From Thermoanaerobaculia bacterium (GTDB taxonomy: Bacteria; Acidobacteriota; Thermoanaerobaculia; Multivoradales; Multivoraceae): a stretch of 64,000 nucleotides of DNA. Of this stretch, positions 48,962-58,505 are shown piece by piece (positions within the stretch are counted from its first letter, which is position 1; every line of letters begins with the position of its first letter). The notes under the pieces are model-generated. The model was not told the DNA's origin and ran no database searches. It worked only from the letters and a program-made list of their open reading frames with translations. The position numbers and the translations under genes are program-made. The stretch lies in contig OY762911.1 in NCBI GenBank assembly GCA_963666565.1, forward strand, positions 2,976,001 through 3,040,000, in the 5' to 3' direction.

Positions 48962-51145
48962 GTGGGTCTGCTGGCGCCGCTGTTTCTGCTCGGCCTGGCC
49001 GCGGTCGCGGTGCCGGTGCTCATCCACCTGCGGCTGCGCCACCGCAGCCGGGTCGTCCGGTTCCCTTCCCTGATGTTCATCTCGAAGGCGCCCTACCGTT
49101 CGATGCGCCGGCGCCGGCTCCGGGACGTTCTGTTGCTGCTGCTGCGCTGCCTGGCGGTGGCGCTGCTCGCGCTGGCGTTCGCCCGGCCGCTGTGGCAGGG
49201 GGACGGCGCCGCCGGCGCCGCGTCCTCGGAGCGGCTGGTCGTCGTTCTCCTCGACAACTCGTTCAGCATGGGCTTCGGCGATCGCTGGCAGCGGGCCGCG
49301 GCGGCGGCCGAGTCGGCCTTCGGCGGCCTCGAGGCCGACCAGCGCGGCGCCCTGATCGTTTACTCGGACGAGGCGCACCTGCTGAGCGCGCCGACCGCGG
49401 ACGGCGCGCTGCTGGCGTCCACGGTTCGGGACGTGGAGGTTTCGCCCCGGTCGACGTCGCTGCTGCCGGCGATCCAGGTGGCGCGGGGAACGCTGGCGGA
49501 CGCCGGCGACCTCGGCCGGCGCGAACTCGTCGTCGTCAGCGACTTCCAGCGCTCCTCCTGGACGCCGGAGAACGTCGCCGCACTGCCGGCCGGCGTCGAA
49601 CTGCGGCTGGTCGACGTCGCCGCGGAGGAGAGCGAGGTGGGCAACGCCGCCGTCACCGACATCGCCTTCGACCACTCCCGCGTGTCCGACGGTTCCGGCG
49701 GCGGCGAACGGGAACAGGTCGGGATCGCGGCGCGCGTCAGCTACCAGGTCGTCGAGGGACCGGCGGCGGCAGCGGCGGGCCGGTCCCTGCGGGCGGAAGT
49801 CGACCTGCTGCTCGACCGCGAAGTGGTCCAGACCAGGGCGGTCGAACTCGACGCCGACTCGTCGACGACGGTGAACTTCGCTCCCGAGGTGCTCGAACGC
49901 GAGCGCACGACCCGCGGCACGGTGCGCCTGCGGGACGATTCGCTCGCCGTGGACAACGAGTTCCACTTCGTCCTGTCGCCGGCGCACGAGGTGGGGGTGC
50001 TGGTGATCGAACCGGACGGCGACCGCGTCCGGGGCCGCTACCTGGAGGAGGCCCTGGCGCTCGGCCGCCGGCCGTTCTTCCGCGTGAGCCGCGTCCGGGC
50101 GTCCGGCTTCCAGCGATCGATGCTGGACGGCAAGTCGGTCGTCGTCGTGAACGACGCGGCCCAGCATCTCCCGAGCGCGGCGGCCGACGCCGTCGCCGGC
50201 TTCGTGCGCGACGGCGGCGGCCTGCTGCTCTCGGTCGAACGCGGCCTGACCTCGACCGCCGGGCTGCTCAGGGAACTCGGCGTCGCCAGCGAGCGGCAGG
50301 TGGACCGGTTGTCGGGCGGCGCCGGTTCGCTGGCGTGGTTCGACACCGGCCATCCGGTCTTCGACGTCTTCGCGGCGGCCAGGAGCGGGGACTTCTCGTC
50401 CGCCTCGTTCTTCCGCTACCACCGTCTCGCGCCGCCGGAGGGCGCCGCGGCGATCGCGCGCTTCGACGACGGCGCTCCGGCGCTGCTCGACCTGACGCCA
50501 GCCTCGGCGGAGGACGGCGAAGCGGCCGGCGCCGCTTCCGGCCGGGTCCTCGTTATGCCGACCTCCTTCGACACCTTCTGGAACACGCTGCCGCTCCAGG
50601 CGGTGTTCCTGCCCTTCGTCCACCGTTCGGTGGAGTACCTGGCCGGCTACTCGCTGCCTCGCTCGTGGTACCGGGTCGGCGAGGTGGCGCAGGTCGAGTT
50701 GCCGGGCGGCCGGGCGGGAGGGGAGGGGAACGACTACCTCACGGTCGCCCCGTCGGGCCGGGAGAGCCGCATCGACGCCGCGCCCGGCGGTCTGCTGCTC
50801 GACGTGGACGAACCGGGCTTCTACGACTTCCGCGAGGTCCGCGCCGACGTCGCCGCCGAACCGCTGACGCTTGCCGCGAACGTGCCGGTGCCCGAATCCG
50901 ACCTGAACAGGCTCGACCTGGACGAACTCGGGTCCCGCATCCGACCCCGGCCGGAGGAGGCCGGCGCGGCCGCGGAGGCCGCGGCGCGGACCCCGGAGGA
51001 GAAGGAGCGCAGCCAGCGGTTGTGGTGGTTCCTGATCGCTGCCGCGGCGCTGATCCTCGCCGCCGAGACCCTCTTCGGCAACCGGCGCCGCGCCGCCGCG
51101 GCGCCGGTCGTGACAGCATGGAACCCCACCGGCGAGCAGAGCTGA
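48962..51145 (+). CDS. BatA-domain / vWA membrane protein
   Basis: LAPLFLLGLAAVAVPVLIHL...RFPSLMFI...LLLLRCLAVALLALAFARP, LDNSFSM, VVSDFQ, ESDL, and C-terminal TM LWWFL. Confidence 0.9.
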   Translation: MGLLAPLFLLGLAAVAVPVLIHLRLRHRSRVVRFPSLMFISKAPYRSMRRRRLRDVLLLLLRCLAVALLALAFARPLWQGDGAAGAASSERLVVVLLDNSFSMGFGDRWQRAAAAAESAFGGLEADQRGALIVYSDEAHLLSAPTADGALLASTVRDVEVSPRSTSLLPAIQVARGTLADAGDLGRRELVVVSDFQRSSWTPENVAALPAGVELRLVDVAAEESEVGNAAVTDIAFDHSRVSDGSGGGEREQVGIAARVSYQVVEGPAAAAAGRSLRAEVDLLLDREVVQTRAVELDADSSTTVNFAPEVLERERTTRGTVRLRDDSLAVDNEFHFVLSPAHEVGVLVIEPDGDRVRGRYLEEALALGRRPFFRVSRVRASGFQRSMLDGKSVVVVNDAAQHLPSAAADAVAGFVRDGGGLLLSVERGLTSTAGLLRELGVASERQVDRLSGGAGSLAWFDTGHPVFDVFAAARSGDFSSASFFRYHRLAPPEGAAAIARFDDGAPALLDLTPASAEDGEAAGAASGRVLVMPTSFDTFWNTLPLQAVFLPFVHRSVEYLAGYSLPRSWYRVGEVAQVELPGGRAGGEGNDYLTVAPSGRESRIDAAPGGLLLDVDEPGFYDFREVRADVAAEPLTLAANVPVPESDLNRLDLDELGSRIRPRPEEAGAAAEAAARTPEEKERSQRLWWFLIAAAALILAAETLFGNRRRAAAAPVVTAWNPTGEQS

Positions 51146-51159
51146 ACTGAGGAGACCCG

Positions 51160-54100
51160 ATGGCTTCCGGTTTCGACCCCATCTACGACCCGACCTACGG
51201 CGAACTGATGAGCGTGATCCGTCGCGTTCGCGCGCGGTGGCGCATGAAGGTGGCGCTCCGCGGTCTGGCGATGCTGATGGTCACCGGATTCGCGGCCTTC
51301 GCGATCTCGGTCTGGGGCATGGACTACTTCCTCTACGGCGAGCGGGCGGTCGAGATCTTCCGCTGGCTCGCCTACCTGACCCTGATTGCCCTCGCGGTCC
51401 GGCTGCTCGTGGTTCCCCTCGCTCAGCGGGTGTCCAGGCGCCAGGTGGCGCTCTACGTCGAGGAGCACGAACCGACGCTGAAGGCGTCCGTGTTGAGCGC
51501 GGTGGAACTGGGGCCGGTGCAGCAGGGCTCGCTCGGCGATCCCGAGCGCGTATCGCCGGAACTCCAGCGGCGGGTGCTGGAAGACGCGATCGAGCGCTGC
51601 CAGCGGAGCGGCTTCGCGAAGCGCATCGAGCGCGGCGCGCTGCGGCGCTTCTCGGCCGCCCTGGCCGGGGCGGCGGGCGCCGGCATGGTCGCCGTGCTGC
51701 TCAGCCCGGCCTTCCTCCAGCACGGGGCGATGCTGCTGTTCGCGCCCTGGCGCGCGGCGGCGGTCGACAACCCGTACCGCCTGGTCGTGGCGCCGGGCAA
51801 CGTGACGGTGGCCCGCGGCTCGGATCAGTTGATCGGCGCCGCCGTGCTGGGTTTCGACCCGGACCGCGTCGAGCTCGGCCTGCGGCCCCTGGACGCCGCC
51901 GGCGACCCGGACGGCGAGTGGCAGCAGTGGCCGATGAACCGGATCGGCGACGGGTTCGAAGCGGACGAGGCGCCGATGGTCGGCGACGCGGCCGCCACCC
52001 ACGACTTCATCGCGCTCAACGTGCGCGCCGACACGGACTACTACGTCGACGCGGCCGGCGTGCGCTCGCCGATCTACCGCATCCGGGTCAAGGACCTGCC
52101 CTACGTCGACCGGATCGACCTCCTGTACCGCTTTCCCGGCTACAGCGGCCTGTCGGACCGGGCGGTCGAGGACGGCGGCGACATCGCCGTTCTCCGGGGC
52201 ACGGAAGTCGAGTTCAGCATCCTGCCGATCTTCGAGGTCGAGGCGGGCCGTCTGCTCGTCGAGGGCGACGAACCGCGGGACCTGAAGCTCGAAGGCGACC
52301 GCCTGACCGCGGCCTACACGGTGGACCGCGGCACGTACTACCGGATCGAGTTGAGGGACGACGAGGGCAGGTGGCACCGCGCCTCCGCCGAGTACATGGT
52401 CACCGCGCTCGACGATCAGCCGGCGATCGTCCGGTTCACCGCTCCCGGGCGGGACGTCAAGGTGACGATGATCGACGAGGTGTTCGCCCAGGTCGAGGCC
52501 GAGGACGACTACGGCGTCAGCCGCCTGAACATCCGCTACGCGATCAATGGCGGCGACGAGACGGAGATCGGCCTGCTCGACAGCGCGTCCTCGATGAAGA
52601 AGGTGAGCGCGGGGCACACGCTCTTCCTGGAGGAGATGGATCTCCAGGTCGGCGACTCCATCTCCTACTACGCCGAGGCCTGGGATCGCGGCCGGGCGCA
52701 GCCCACGATCAGCGACATCTACTTCCTCGAGATCCGCCCCTTCGACCGGAACTACCGCCAGGCCGAGCAGGGAGGCGGAGGCGGCATGGGCGGCGCCGGC
52801 GGCCTGGACCAGACGCTCTCCGTTCAGCAGAAGATGATCATCTCGGCCACCTTCCGCCTGATCCGCGACGAGGACGAGTACACGGCGAGGGAACTGGCCG
52901 AGAACCTGAAGACGGTCTCCCTGATGCAGGGAAGGCTGCGGGAACAGGTCGGATCGCTGGTGACCCGGATGGGCAACCGCGGCCAGCAACTGCTCGAAGA
53001 CGGCGACTTCGCCAGGATCGTCGAACTCCTCCAGCAGGCCGGCGTCGAGATGGCCGCGGCGGAGAAGGCACTCGAGGCGGAGCGTCCCGAGGAGGCCTTG
53101 ACCGAGGAGAAGAAGGCCCTGGCCTCGCTGCAGCGCGCGGAGTCCGTGTTCCGCGAGGTGCGCGTCTCGTTCGAGCAGGGCGGCGGCGGTGGCGGCGGCA
53201 ACCAGCAATTGTCGGAGGACCTCGCCGACCTGTTCGAGCTGGAACTCGACAAGCTGCGCAACCAGTACGAGACCGTCCAGCGCGGCGCCGCCGAGCAGGC
53301 GCAGGCGGAAGTCGACGAGCTGATGCAGAAGCTGCGCGAGCTGGCGCGCCGCCAGCAGCGCGAGAACGAGCGCCAGAACCGGCTGCGCAGCCGCTCTCAG
53401 CAGGGCGGTGGCGGCGGCGGCCGGCAGCAGGACCTGATCGAGGAGACGGAGGAACTCGCCCGGCGCCTGGAGCGGCTGGCGCGCGAGCAGCAGCGCCCGG
53501 AACTGCGGGAGACGACGCAGGCGCTGCGGCAGGCCGCCGAGCAGATGAGGCGTTCCCAGGCCGGTTCGTCCCGGTCGCAGTCGAACGCCGGGACGGACGG
53601 CATCGCGGCGCTCGACAAGCTGCGCGAGGCGCGGCGGTTGCTGGACCGCAACCAGCGCCAGCAACTCGGCCGGGACATGGAGGAACTGCAGCAGCGGGCC
53701 GATCGCGTGTCGCAGATGCAGAGCCGGATCGAGGAGCAGGTCGGCGAACTGGCGGGCCGGGAAGGCGAGGACGGCCAGCGGCGCAGCGGCCTCTCGGCGC
53801 GCGAGCGCTCGGACCTGATCGAACGGATCATGGAGCGGAAGGACAGCCTCACCGACGAGGTCGCGGGGCTGGAGGCGCAGCTCAACCGGATGAGCCAGGG
53901 CGCCCGCAACGACCAGCCGGAAACGGCGCGGAAGCTGCGCGAGTCGGCGACGATCATCCGCGACGAGCAGTTGAAGGAGAAGATCCGCTACTCGAAGGGC
54001 GTGCTGGCGGGCCGGGACGCCGAGTTCGCGCGGCTGTTCGAGAACCAGATCCGGCAGGACATCGACGAGGTGACGGAGCGGATCGCCGAGGCGCGGGAGA

Positions 54101-54858
54101 GCGTCGGCGAGGGCGGCGGCGAGCGCCGGGAGCGGATGCTCGAACGGACCCGGGATCTCGTGGAGAACATGGCCTCGATGGAGGCCCGGCTGCGGGACCG
54201 CGTCGAGGACGGCCGGCGGCTTGGCCAGCGTCCGGGGCAGCAGGGCGAGCGTGACGGCCGGCAGCAGGGCGGCGAGCAGGACGCGGCCCAGCAGGAAGGC
54301 GGTCAGCAGCAAGGCGGCCAGGAGAGCGGTCGGGAGCGGGGCGGAGACCGGGCTGGCGAGCAGCAGGGCGGCGACCGGCAAGGCGGCCAGCCCGGCGACG
54401 CGTCGTCGGAGGGGGGCGGCGACGCGGCCAACCCCGAGGGCGGCCGGAACTGGGGCCGCTTCAGCCAGTACGGATCGAGCTCGGGCGGCTACTACCAGCC
54501 CGGCGTCTTCACCGCCGAGGATCTGCGGCAGGTGGACCGCGAACTCGACCAGCGGCGAGCCGACCTGGAACGCCTGCGGGACGACCTGCGCCGCGAGCGG
54601 ATGGACACGGGCGACATCGACCGGTTGCTCGGGCAAATGGGCGACCTGAACCTGCTCGGTCTCAACCGCGACCCGCTGGCCCTCGAACGGCTCCGGAACG
54701 ACATCGTCGAGGGCCTGCGGCAGTTCGAGTACCGCCTGTGGCGCGAACTGCGCGGCGGCGACGCCGAACGCGTCTACCTCGGCAACTCCGACCAGGTCCC
54801 GCCGGGCTACCGCGACCTCGTCGACGAGTACTTCCGCAAGCTCGCCAGCGAAAGCTGA
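51160..54858 (+). CDS. Large membrane-anchored Ig-like plus long coiled-coil protein (DUF4175-like)
   Basis: GAGGAG RBS, 3 TMs, beta-rich YRFPGYSGL / EAEDDYGV / GDSISYYAEAWD, about 600 aa of Q/E/R-rich coiled coil, and end VPPGYRDLVDEYFRKL. Confidence 0.85.
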   Translation: MASGFDPIYDPTYGELMSVIRRVRARWRMKVALRGLAMLMVTGFAAFAISVWGMDYFLYGERAVEIFRWLAYLTLIALAVRLLVVPLAQRVSRRQVALYVEEHEPTLKASVLSAVELGPVQQGSLGDPERVSPELQRRVLEDAIERCQRSGFAKRIERGALRRFSAALAGAAGAGMVAVLLSPAFLQHGAMLLFAPWRAAAVDNPYRLVVAPGNVTVARGSDQLIGAAVLGFDPDRVELGLRPLDAAGDPDGEWQQWPMNRIGDGFEADEAPMVGDAAATHDFIALNVRADTDYYVDAAGVRSPIYRIRVKDLPYVDRIDLLYRFPGYSGLSDRAVEDGGDIAVLRGTEVEFSILPIFEVEAGRLLVEGDEPRDLKLEGDRLTAAYTVDRGTYYRIELRDDEGRWHRASAEYMVTALDDQPAIVRFTAPGRDVKVTMIDEVFAQVEAEDDYGVSRLNIRYAINGGDETEIGLLDSASSMKKVSAGHTLFLEEMDLQVGDSISYYAEAWDRGRAQPTISDIYFLEIRPFDRNYRQAEQGGGGGMGGAGGLDQTLSVQQKMIISATFRLIRDEDEYTARELAENLKTVSLMQGRLREQVGSLVTRMGNRGQQLLEDGDFARIVELLQQAGVEMAAAEKALEAERPEEALTEEKKALASLQRAESVFREVRVSFEQGGGGGGGNQQLSEDLADLFELELDKLRNQYETVQRGAAEQAQAEVDELMQKLRELARRQQRENERQNRLRSRSQQGGGGGGRQQDLIEETEELARRLERLAREQQRPELRETTQALRQAAEQMRRSQAGSSRSQSNAGTDGIAALDKLREARRLLDRNQRQQLGRDMEELQQRADRVSQMQSRIEEQVGELAGREGEDGQRRSGLSARERSDLIERIMERKDSLTDEVAGLEAQLNRMSQGARNDQPETARKLRESATIIRDEQLKEKIRYSKGVLAGRDAEFARLFENQIRQDIDEVTERIAEARESVGEGGGERRERMLERTRDLVENMASMEARLRDRVEDGRRLGQRPGQQGERDGRQQGGEQDAAQQEGGQQQGGQESGRERGGDRAGEQQGGDRQGGQPGDASSEGGGDAANPEGGRNWGRFSQYGSSSGGYYQPGVFTAEDLRQVDRELDQRRADLERLRDDLRRERMDTGDIDRLLGQMGDLNLLGLNRDPLALERLRNDIVEGLRQFEYRLWRELRGGDAERVYLGNSDQVPPGYRDLVDEYFRKLASES

Positions 54859-54876
54859 GCCGGCCCCGCTATTGTC

Positions 54877-54946
54877 GGTGCGCGGGTCTTCTGACCCGCT
54901 GCCGCCGAAGGCGGCCAGGAAACGCGCCGGCCGTTGGGCCGGCTCC
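54877..54946 (+). repeat. REP with type-A arm, direct copy 1
   Basis: GGTGCGCGGGTCTTCTGACCCGC-TGCCGCCGAAGGCGGC-...-GCCGGCC..GGCCGGCTCC. Confidence 0.82.
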
Positions 54947-54966
54947 CGTTGCCGCCTCGGCTGGAC

Positions 54967-55126
54967 GGACCGAAGGGAAGGGGTCCCAGCGGCCGCTCAC
55001 GCTTTCTTGGCAGTGGGGTAAGTCGGCGCTCGCTTCGGTCGGCTGCGTTTCGCCGCGGCGGCGGTTTCTGTGACGGCGCCGGGAGTCACTTGCCTCCAGC
55101 CCGCTGGGACCCCTTCCCTTCGGTCC
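54967..55126. repeat. 160-bp element bounded by perfect 26-bp inverted repeats (second repeat type)
   Basis: GGACCGAAGGGAAGGGGTCCCAGCGG (54967-92) and CCGCTGGGACCCCTTCCCTTCGGTCC (55101-126). Confidence 0.85.
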
Positions 55127-55180
55127 TTGCCGAGGCTGAACGATTACGGCAGGGCGTCAGGCCATGCCGGCAGCGCCCCT

Positions 55181-55253
55181 CTGGGTGCGCGGGTCCTCTG
55201 ACCCGCTGCCGCCAAAGGCGGCCAGGAGAAGGCGCCGGCCGGAGGCCGGCTCC
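55181..55253 (+). repeat. REP with type-A arm, direct copy 2
   Basis: CTGGGTGCGCGGGTCCTCTGACCCGC-TGCCGCCAAAGGCGGC-...-GCCGGCCGGAGGCCGGCTCC. Confidence 0.82.
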
Positions 55254-55255
55254 GG

Positions 55256-56482
55256 TCAGTTCCCCGTCGGGATGTCGCTGTAGGGCACGTCGCGGTCGAC
55301 GCGGATCTCGCCGGGGAGGCCGAGGACGCGTTCGGCGATGATGTTGCGGAGGATCTCGTCGGTGCCGCCGGCGATGCGCAGGCCCGGGGAGTAGAGGTAG
55401 GACTGCTGGAACAGGGCCGAGGACGGCATCAGCGACGGGTCGGTGATCACCCCGCCCATGTCCATCAGGTCGGCGCCGAACGAGGACACGTTCTGCAGCT
55501 TGGAGGCTGAGACGACCTTGCCGATCGAGTTCTCGGGGCCGGGGACCTTGCCCTGGGAGAGGGCGGTCAGCGTACGGGCCTTCGTGTGCTCCATGCCCAT
55601 CGCCTCGACGTACCAGTCGGCGATCTTCTCGCGGACGGCGGAGTCCTCGAGGGCCGGCCGGCCGTCCAGGTCGCAGGCGGCGGCGAGCTTCATCGCTTCG
55701 CGGAAGTCCGGCGGCGGCGCGCCGCCGACGGCGAGGCGCTCGTTCATCAGGGTGGTGATGGCCACCTGCCAGCCCTCGCCGATCGCGCCAAGGCGCTGGC
55801 TGTCCGGGATCCGGACGTTGGTGAAGAAGACCTCGTTGAAGTTCGAGCCGCCGTTGATCTGCTTGATCGGCTTGATGTCGATCCCGGGGGACTTCATGTC
55901 GACGAAGAAGAAGGTCAGACCCTTGTGCTTGGGCAGGGACGAGTCGTGCCGCGCGACCAGGATGCCCCAGTCGGAGTAGTGGGCGCCCGAGGTCCAGACC
56001 TTCTGGCCGTTGACCACCCAGTCGTCGCCGTCACGGTGGCAGCGGGTGCGGAGTCCGGCGACGTCGGAGCCGGCGGCGGGCTCGGAGAACAACTGGCACC
56101 AGACCTCCTCGCCGCGGATCATCGGCGGGATGTAGCGCTCCTGCTGCTCCTTCGTCGCGTACTGGGCCATGACCGGGCCGCACATGCCGAGGCCGATGCT
56201 GAAGAAGCCGGTCGGGACGTCGAACCGGGCCTCCTCCTGGTCGTAGATGATCGTCTCGATCATCGGACGGTCCTGGCCGCCGTGGGACGCCGGCCAGTGG
56301 CGGCAGGCGTAGCCGGCGTCGGCCTTGGTGGCCTGCCACTTCTTGGCCAGGGCGAGGCCCTCGTCGGCGTCGAGCCGGCGGCTGACGCTGGGGCGGTCCT
56401 TGCGGGGTTCCGCGTTGGCGTTGAGCCAGGCGCGAACCTCGGCCCGGTACGCGGCCTGTTCGGGAGTGTCGTTGAAGTCCAT
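55256..56482 (-). CDS. Acyl-CoA dehydrogenase (large or catalytic-type subunit)
   Basis: Start MDFNDTPEQ. WCQLFSEPAAGSD, NGQKVWTS, FNEVFF, TLMNER and IAGGTDEILRNIIAERVLGLP. Confidence 0.93.
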   Translation of the reverse strand: MDFNDTPEQAAYRAEVRAWLNANAEPRKDRPSVSRRLDADEGLALAKKWQATKADAGYACRHWPASHGGQDRPMIETIIYDQEEARFDVPTGFFSIGLGMCGPVMAQYATKEQQERYIPPMIRGEEVWCQLFSEPAAGSDVAGLRTRCHRDGDDWVVNGQKVWTSGAHYSDWGILVARHDSSLPKHKGLTFFFVDMKSPGIDIKPIKQINGGSNFNEVFFTNVRIPDSQRLGAIGEGWQVAITTLMNERLAVGGAPPPDFREAMKLAAACDLDGRPALEDSAVREKIADWYVEAMGMEHTKARTLTALSQGKVPGPENSIGKVVSASKLQNVSSFGADLMDMGGVITDPSLMPSSALFQQSYLYSPGLRIAGGTDEILRNIIAERVLGLPGEIRVDRDVPYSDIPTGN

Positions 56483-57597
56483 CAGGCGGCCTCCTGCTGT
56501 TCCAGACCGGAGATCAGCCGGTCCTTCCACACTCTCTCGCTGCCGATGCCGAGGGCCAGCAGCTTGGAGCGGCGGTAGTAGAGGTGGCAATCGGACTCCC
56601 AGGTGAAGCCGATGCCGCCGTGGGTCTGGATGTTCTCCTTCGAGGCGAAGTGGAAGGCCTGGGTGGCGGCCACGCGCGCCGCCGCCGCCGCGACCGGCAG
56701 TTCCGGCGCGTCGGTCGACAGCGCCCAGGCGCCGTAGTAGCAGTTCGCCCGGGCCAGTTCGTTCTTGATGTAGATGTCGGCGAGCTTGTGCTTGATCGCC
56801 TGGAACGAGCCGATCGGCCGGCCGAAGGCGTAGCGGCCCTTCGCGTAGCCGATCGCCATCTGCAGGCAGGCGTCGGCGCCGCCGAGCTGCTCCATCGCGA
56901 ACAGCACCGCCGCGCGGTCGAACACCCGGTCCTTGACCGCCCAGCCCTGGCCGGCCTCGCCGAGCAACTCGGCCTCGGCGCCGTCGAAGACGATCCTGGC
57001 GTGGGAACGGGAGGGATCGAGCGTGTCGACCGGCTCGCGCGAGACGCCCTCGCCGCCCAGGTCGACGACCGCGAGCGACGCGCCGTCTCCGTCCTTCGCG
57101 ACGACGACGCAGAGGTCGGCGACGTCGCCGTCGGGCACCGGCATCTTCGTGCCGGACAGCCGGCCGTTTCGGAGCGTCGCCTGGAGATTCGCCTCCGTGG
57201 CCTGGCCCGGTCCCTCGGAGAGGGCGAACGTGCCGATGCTCTCGCCGGACGCGAGCTTCGGCAGGAGTTTCGCCTTCTGCTCTTCCGATCCGCCCTGGAG
57301 GATCGCTTCGGCGGCGAGGTAGACGGACGACGAGAAGGGGACCGGCGCGACGGCGCGGCCGAGTTCCTCGGCGACAACGCAGAGTTCGAGGTAGCCGAAG
57401 CCGATGCCGCCGTACTCTTCGGGGATCGCGATTCCGGGCGACTCGTTGGCGCAGATCTGCTGCCACAGGTCGCGCGCGAACGGCTCGTCCGCGTCCTCCA
57501 GCACCCGCCGGGGCACGGTCGTGTCGCAGGCGGCGCGCAGGAAGCCGCGCGTCTGCTGTTTCAATGCCTTCTGGGCATCCGAGAAATCGAAGTTCAT
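56482..57597 (-). CDS. Acyl-CoA dehydrogenase (small or partner-type subunit)
   Basis: AGGAG RBS and start MNFDFSDAQ. EELGR, R.AFGRPIGSFQAIKHKLAD and IQTHGGIGFTWE. TGATG coupling to the next gene. Confidence 0.93.
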   Translation of the reverse strand: MNFDFSDAQKALKQQTRGFLRAACDTTVPRRVLEDADEPFARDLWQQICANESPGIAIPEEYGGIGFGYLELCVVAEELGRAVAPVPFSSSVYLAAEAILQGGSEEQKAKLLPKLASGESIGTFALSEGPGQATEANLQATLRNGRLSGTKMPVPDGDVADLCVVVAKDGDGASLAVVDLGGEGVSREPVDTLDPSRSHARIVFDGAEAELLGEAGQGWAVKDRVFDRAAVLFAMEQLGGADACLQMAIGYAKGRYAFGRPIGSFQAIKHKLADIYIKNELARANCYYGAWALSTDAPELPVAAAAARVAATQAFHFASKENIQTHGGIGFTWESDCHLYYRRSKLLALGIGSERVWKDRLISGLEQQEAA

Positions 57598-57752
57598 TGC
57601 TGCTCCTGGTCGGTTTCGGAAGGCGAGTCTAGGAGCTAGCGGCGCGGAACGCAACGGAGCGAGATGCGCGACGCCAGCTCCTGGAGAGGTGGGGGCTGGG
57701 GGCAAACGCGGAGCTTGCGACGGGTTTGGCGGCGGCAGCGAAACGGCGGCTC

Positions 57753-58505
57753 TCAGATGTCGTAGATCCGGCCCTCCTCGAGCGCCTCGATCTCCAGGCC
57801 GCGCCGAGCGACCATGTCGTCGCCCAGGTGCGTGAGCAGCATCCTCCCGCAGTCGAAGAGGCGCCGCCGGGCCAGCAGTTCGCGGTAGTTCAGGTGGTTC
57901 GGAATCGGCCGGTCGTAGGAGTTGCACTCGCAGATGAACAGGTCGGCGCCCGCCGCGGCATCGACCAGGGCGTCCGTCCACTCCGTGTCGCCCGAGAAGG
58001 CGAGCGCGCGGCCCCCGTACTCGACCCGGAGGGCGTGGCTGGGGGCGCCGGAGGGATGGACGACCTCGAAGGGCGTTACGCGAAGGCCGTTGACCTCGGC
58101 CGGGACGCGTTCCCGCAGCTCGACGATCTCCACCTCGAAGGCCGGCTCGCGCCGGGTCGAGGACGGGTAGAGCGCCTCCTGCGCCTGGCGCAGCCGGTCG
58201 GCGAGAGTCGGCGGTCCCGCCAGGGTGAGCGGTTCCGTGCGGCGGGCGCGGTAGTGCGCGTCGCTGAGCAGGAACGGCAGGCCGCCGAAGTGGTCGCCGT
58301 GCAGGTGGGTGATCAGGATGGTGCGGACGGTCGCCGGTTCGATGCCGCGCCCCTTCATCGCCGCGAGCGACGTGGCGCCGCAGTCGAGCAGCGCCGGCGG
58401 CAGCGGACCGTCGCCGGTCTCCCCGCCGAGCAGGAAACAGGTGTGAAGGCGTCCGCCGCTGCTGAAGGCGTCGCCGCAGCCCAGGACCTGGAGCCGGAAG
58501 GTCAC
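57753..58505 (-). CDS. MBL-fold metallo-hydrolase (RNase Z-like)
   Basis: GTGA overlap with xdhC. LGCGDAF, LLDCG, THLHGDHFGG, FSGDT and LLTH. Confidence 0.9.
   Translation of the reverse strand: MTFRLQVLGCGDAFSSGGRLHTCFLLGGETGDGPLPPALLDCGATSLAAMKGRGIEPATVRTILITHLHGDHFGGLPFLLSDAHYRARRTEPLTLAGPPTLADRLRQAQEALYPSSTRREPAFEVEIVELRERVPAEVNGLRVTPFEVVHPSGAPSHALRVEYGGRALAFSGDTEWTDALVDAAAGADLFICECNSYDRPIPNHLNYRELLARRRLFDCGRMLLTHLGDDMVARRGLEIEALEEGRIYDI

Noticed and set aside
57600-57760. Glycine- or c-di-GMP-riboswitch-like words (CTGGAGAG...CTCTCAG; GGCAAAC)
   Set aside because: They are on the wrong strand for the downstream gene and the core motifs (e.g. GCCGAAG) are missing.
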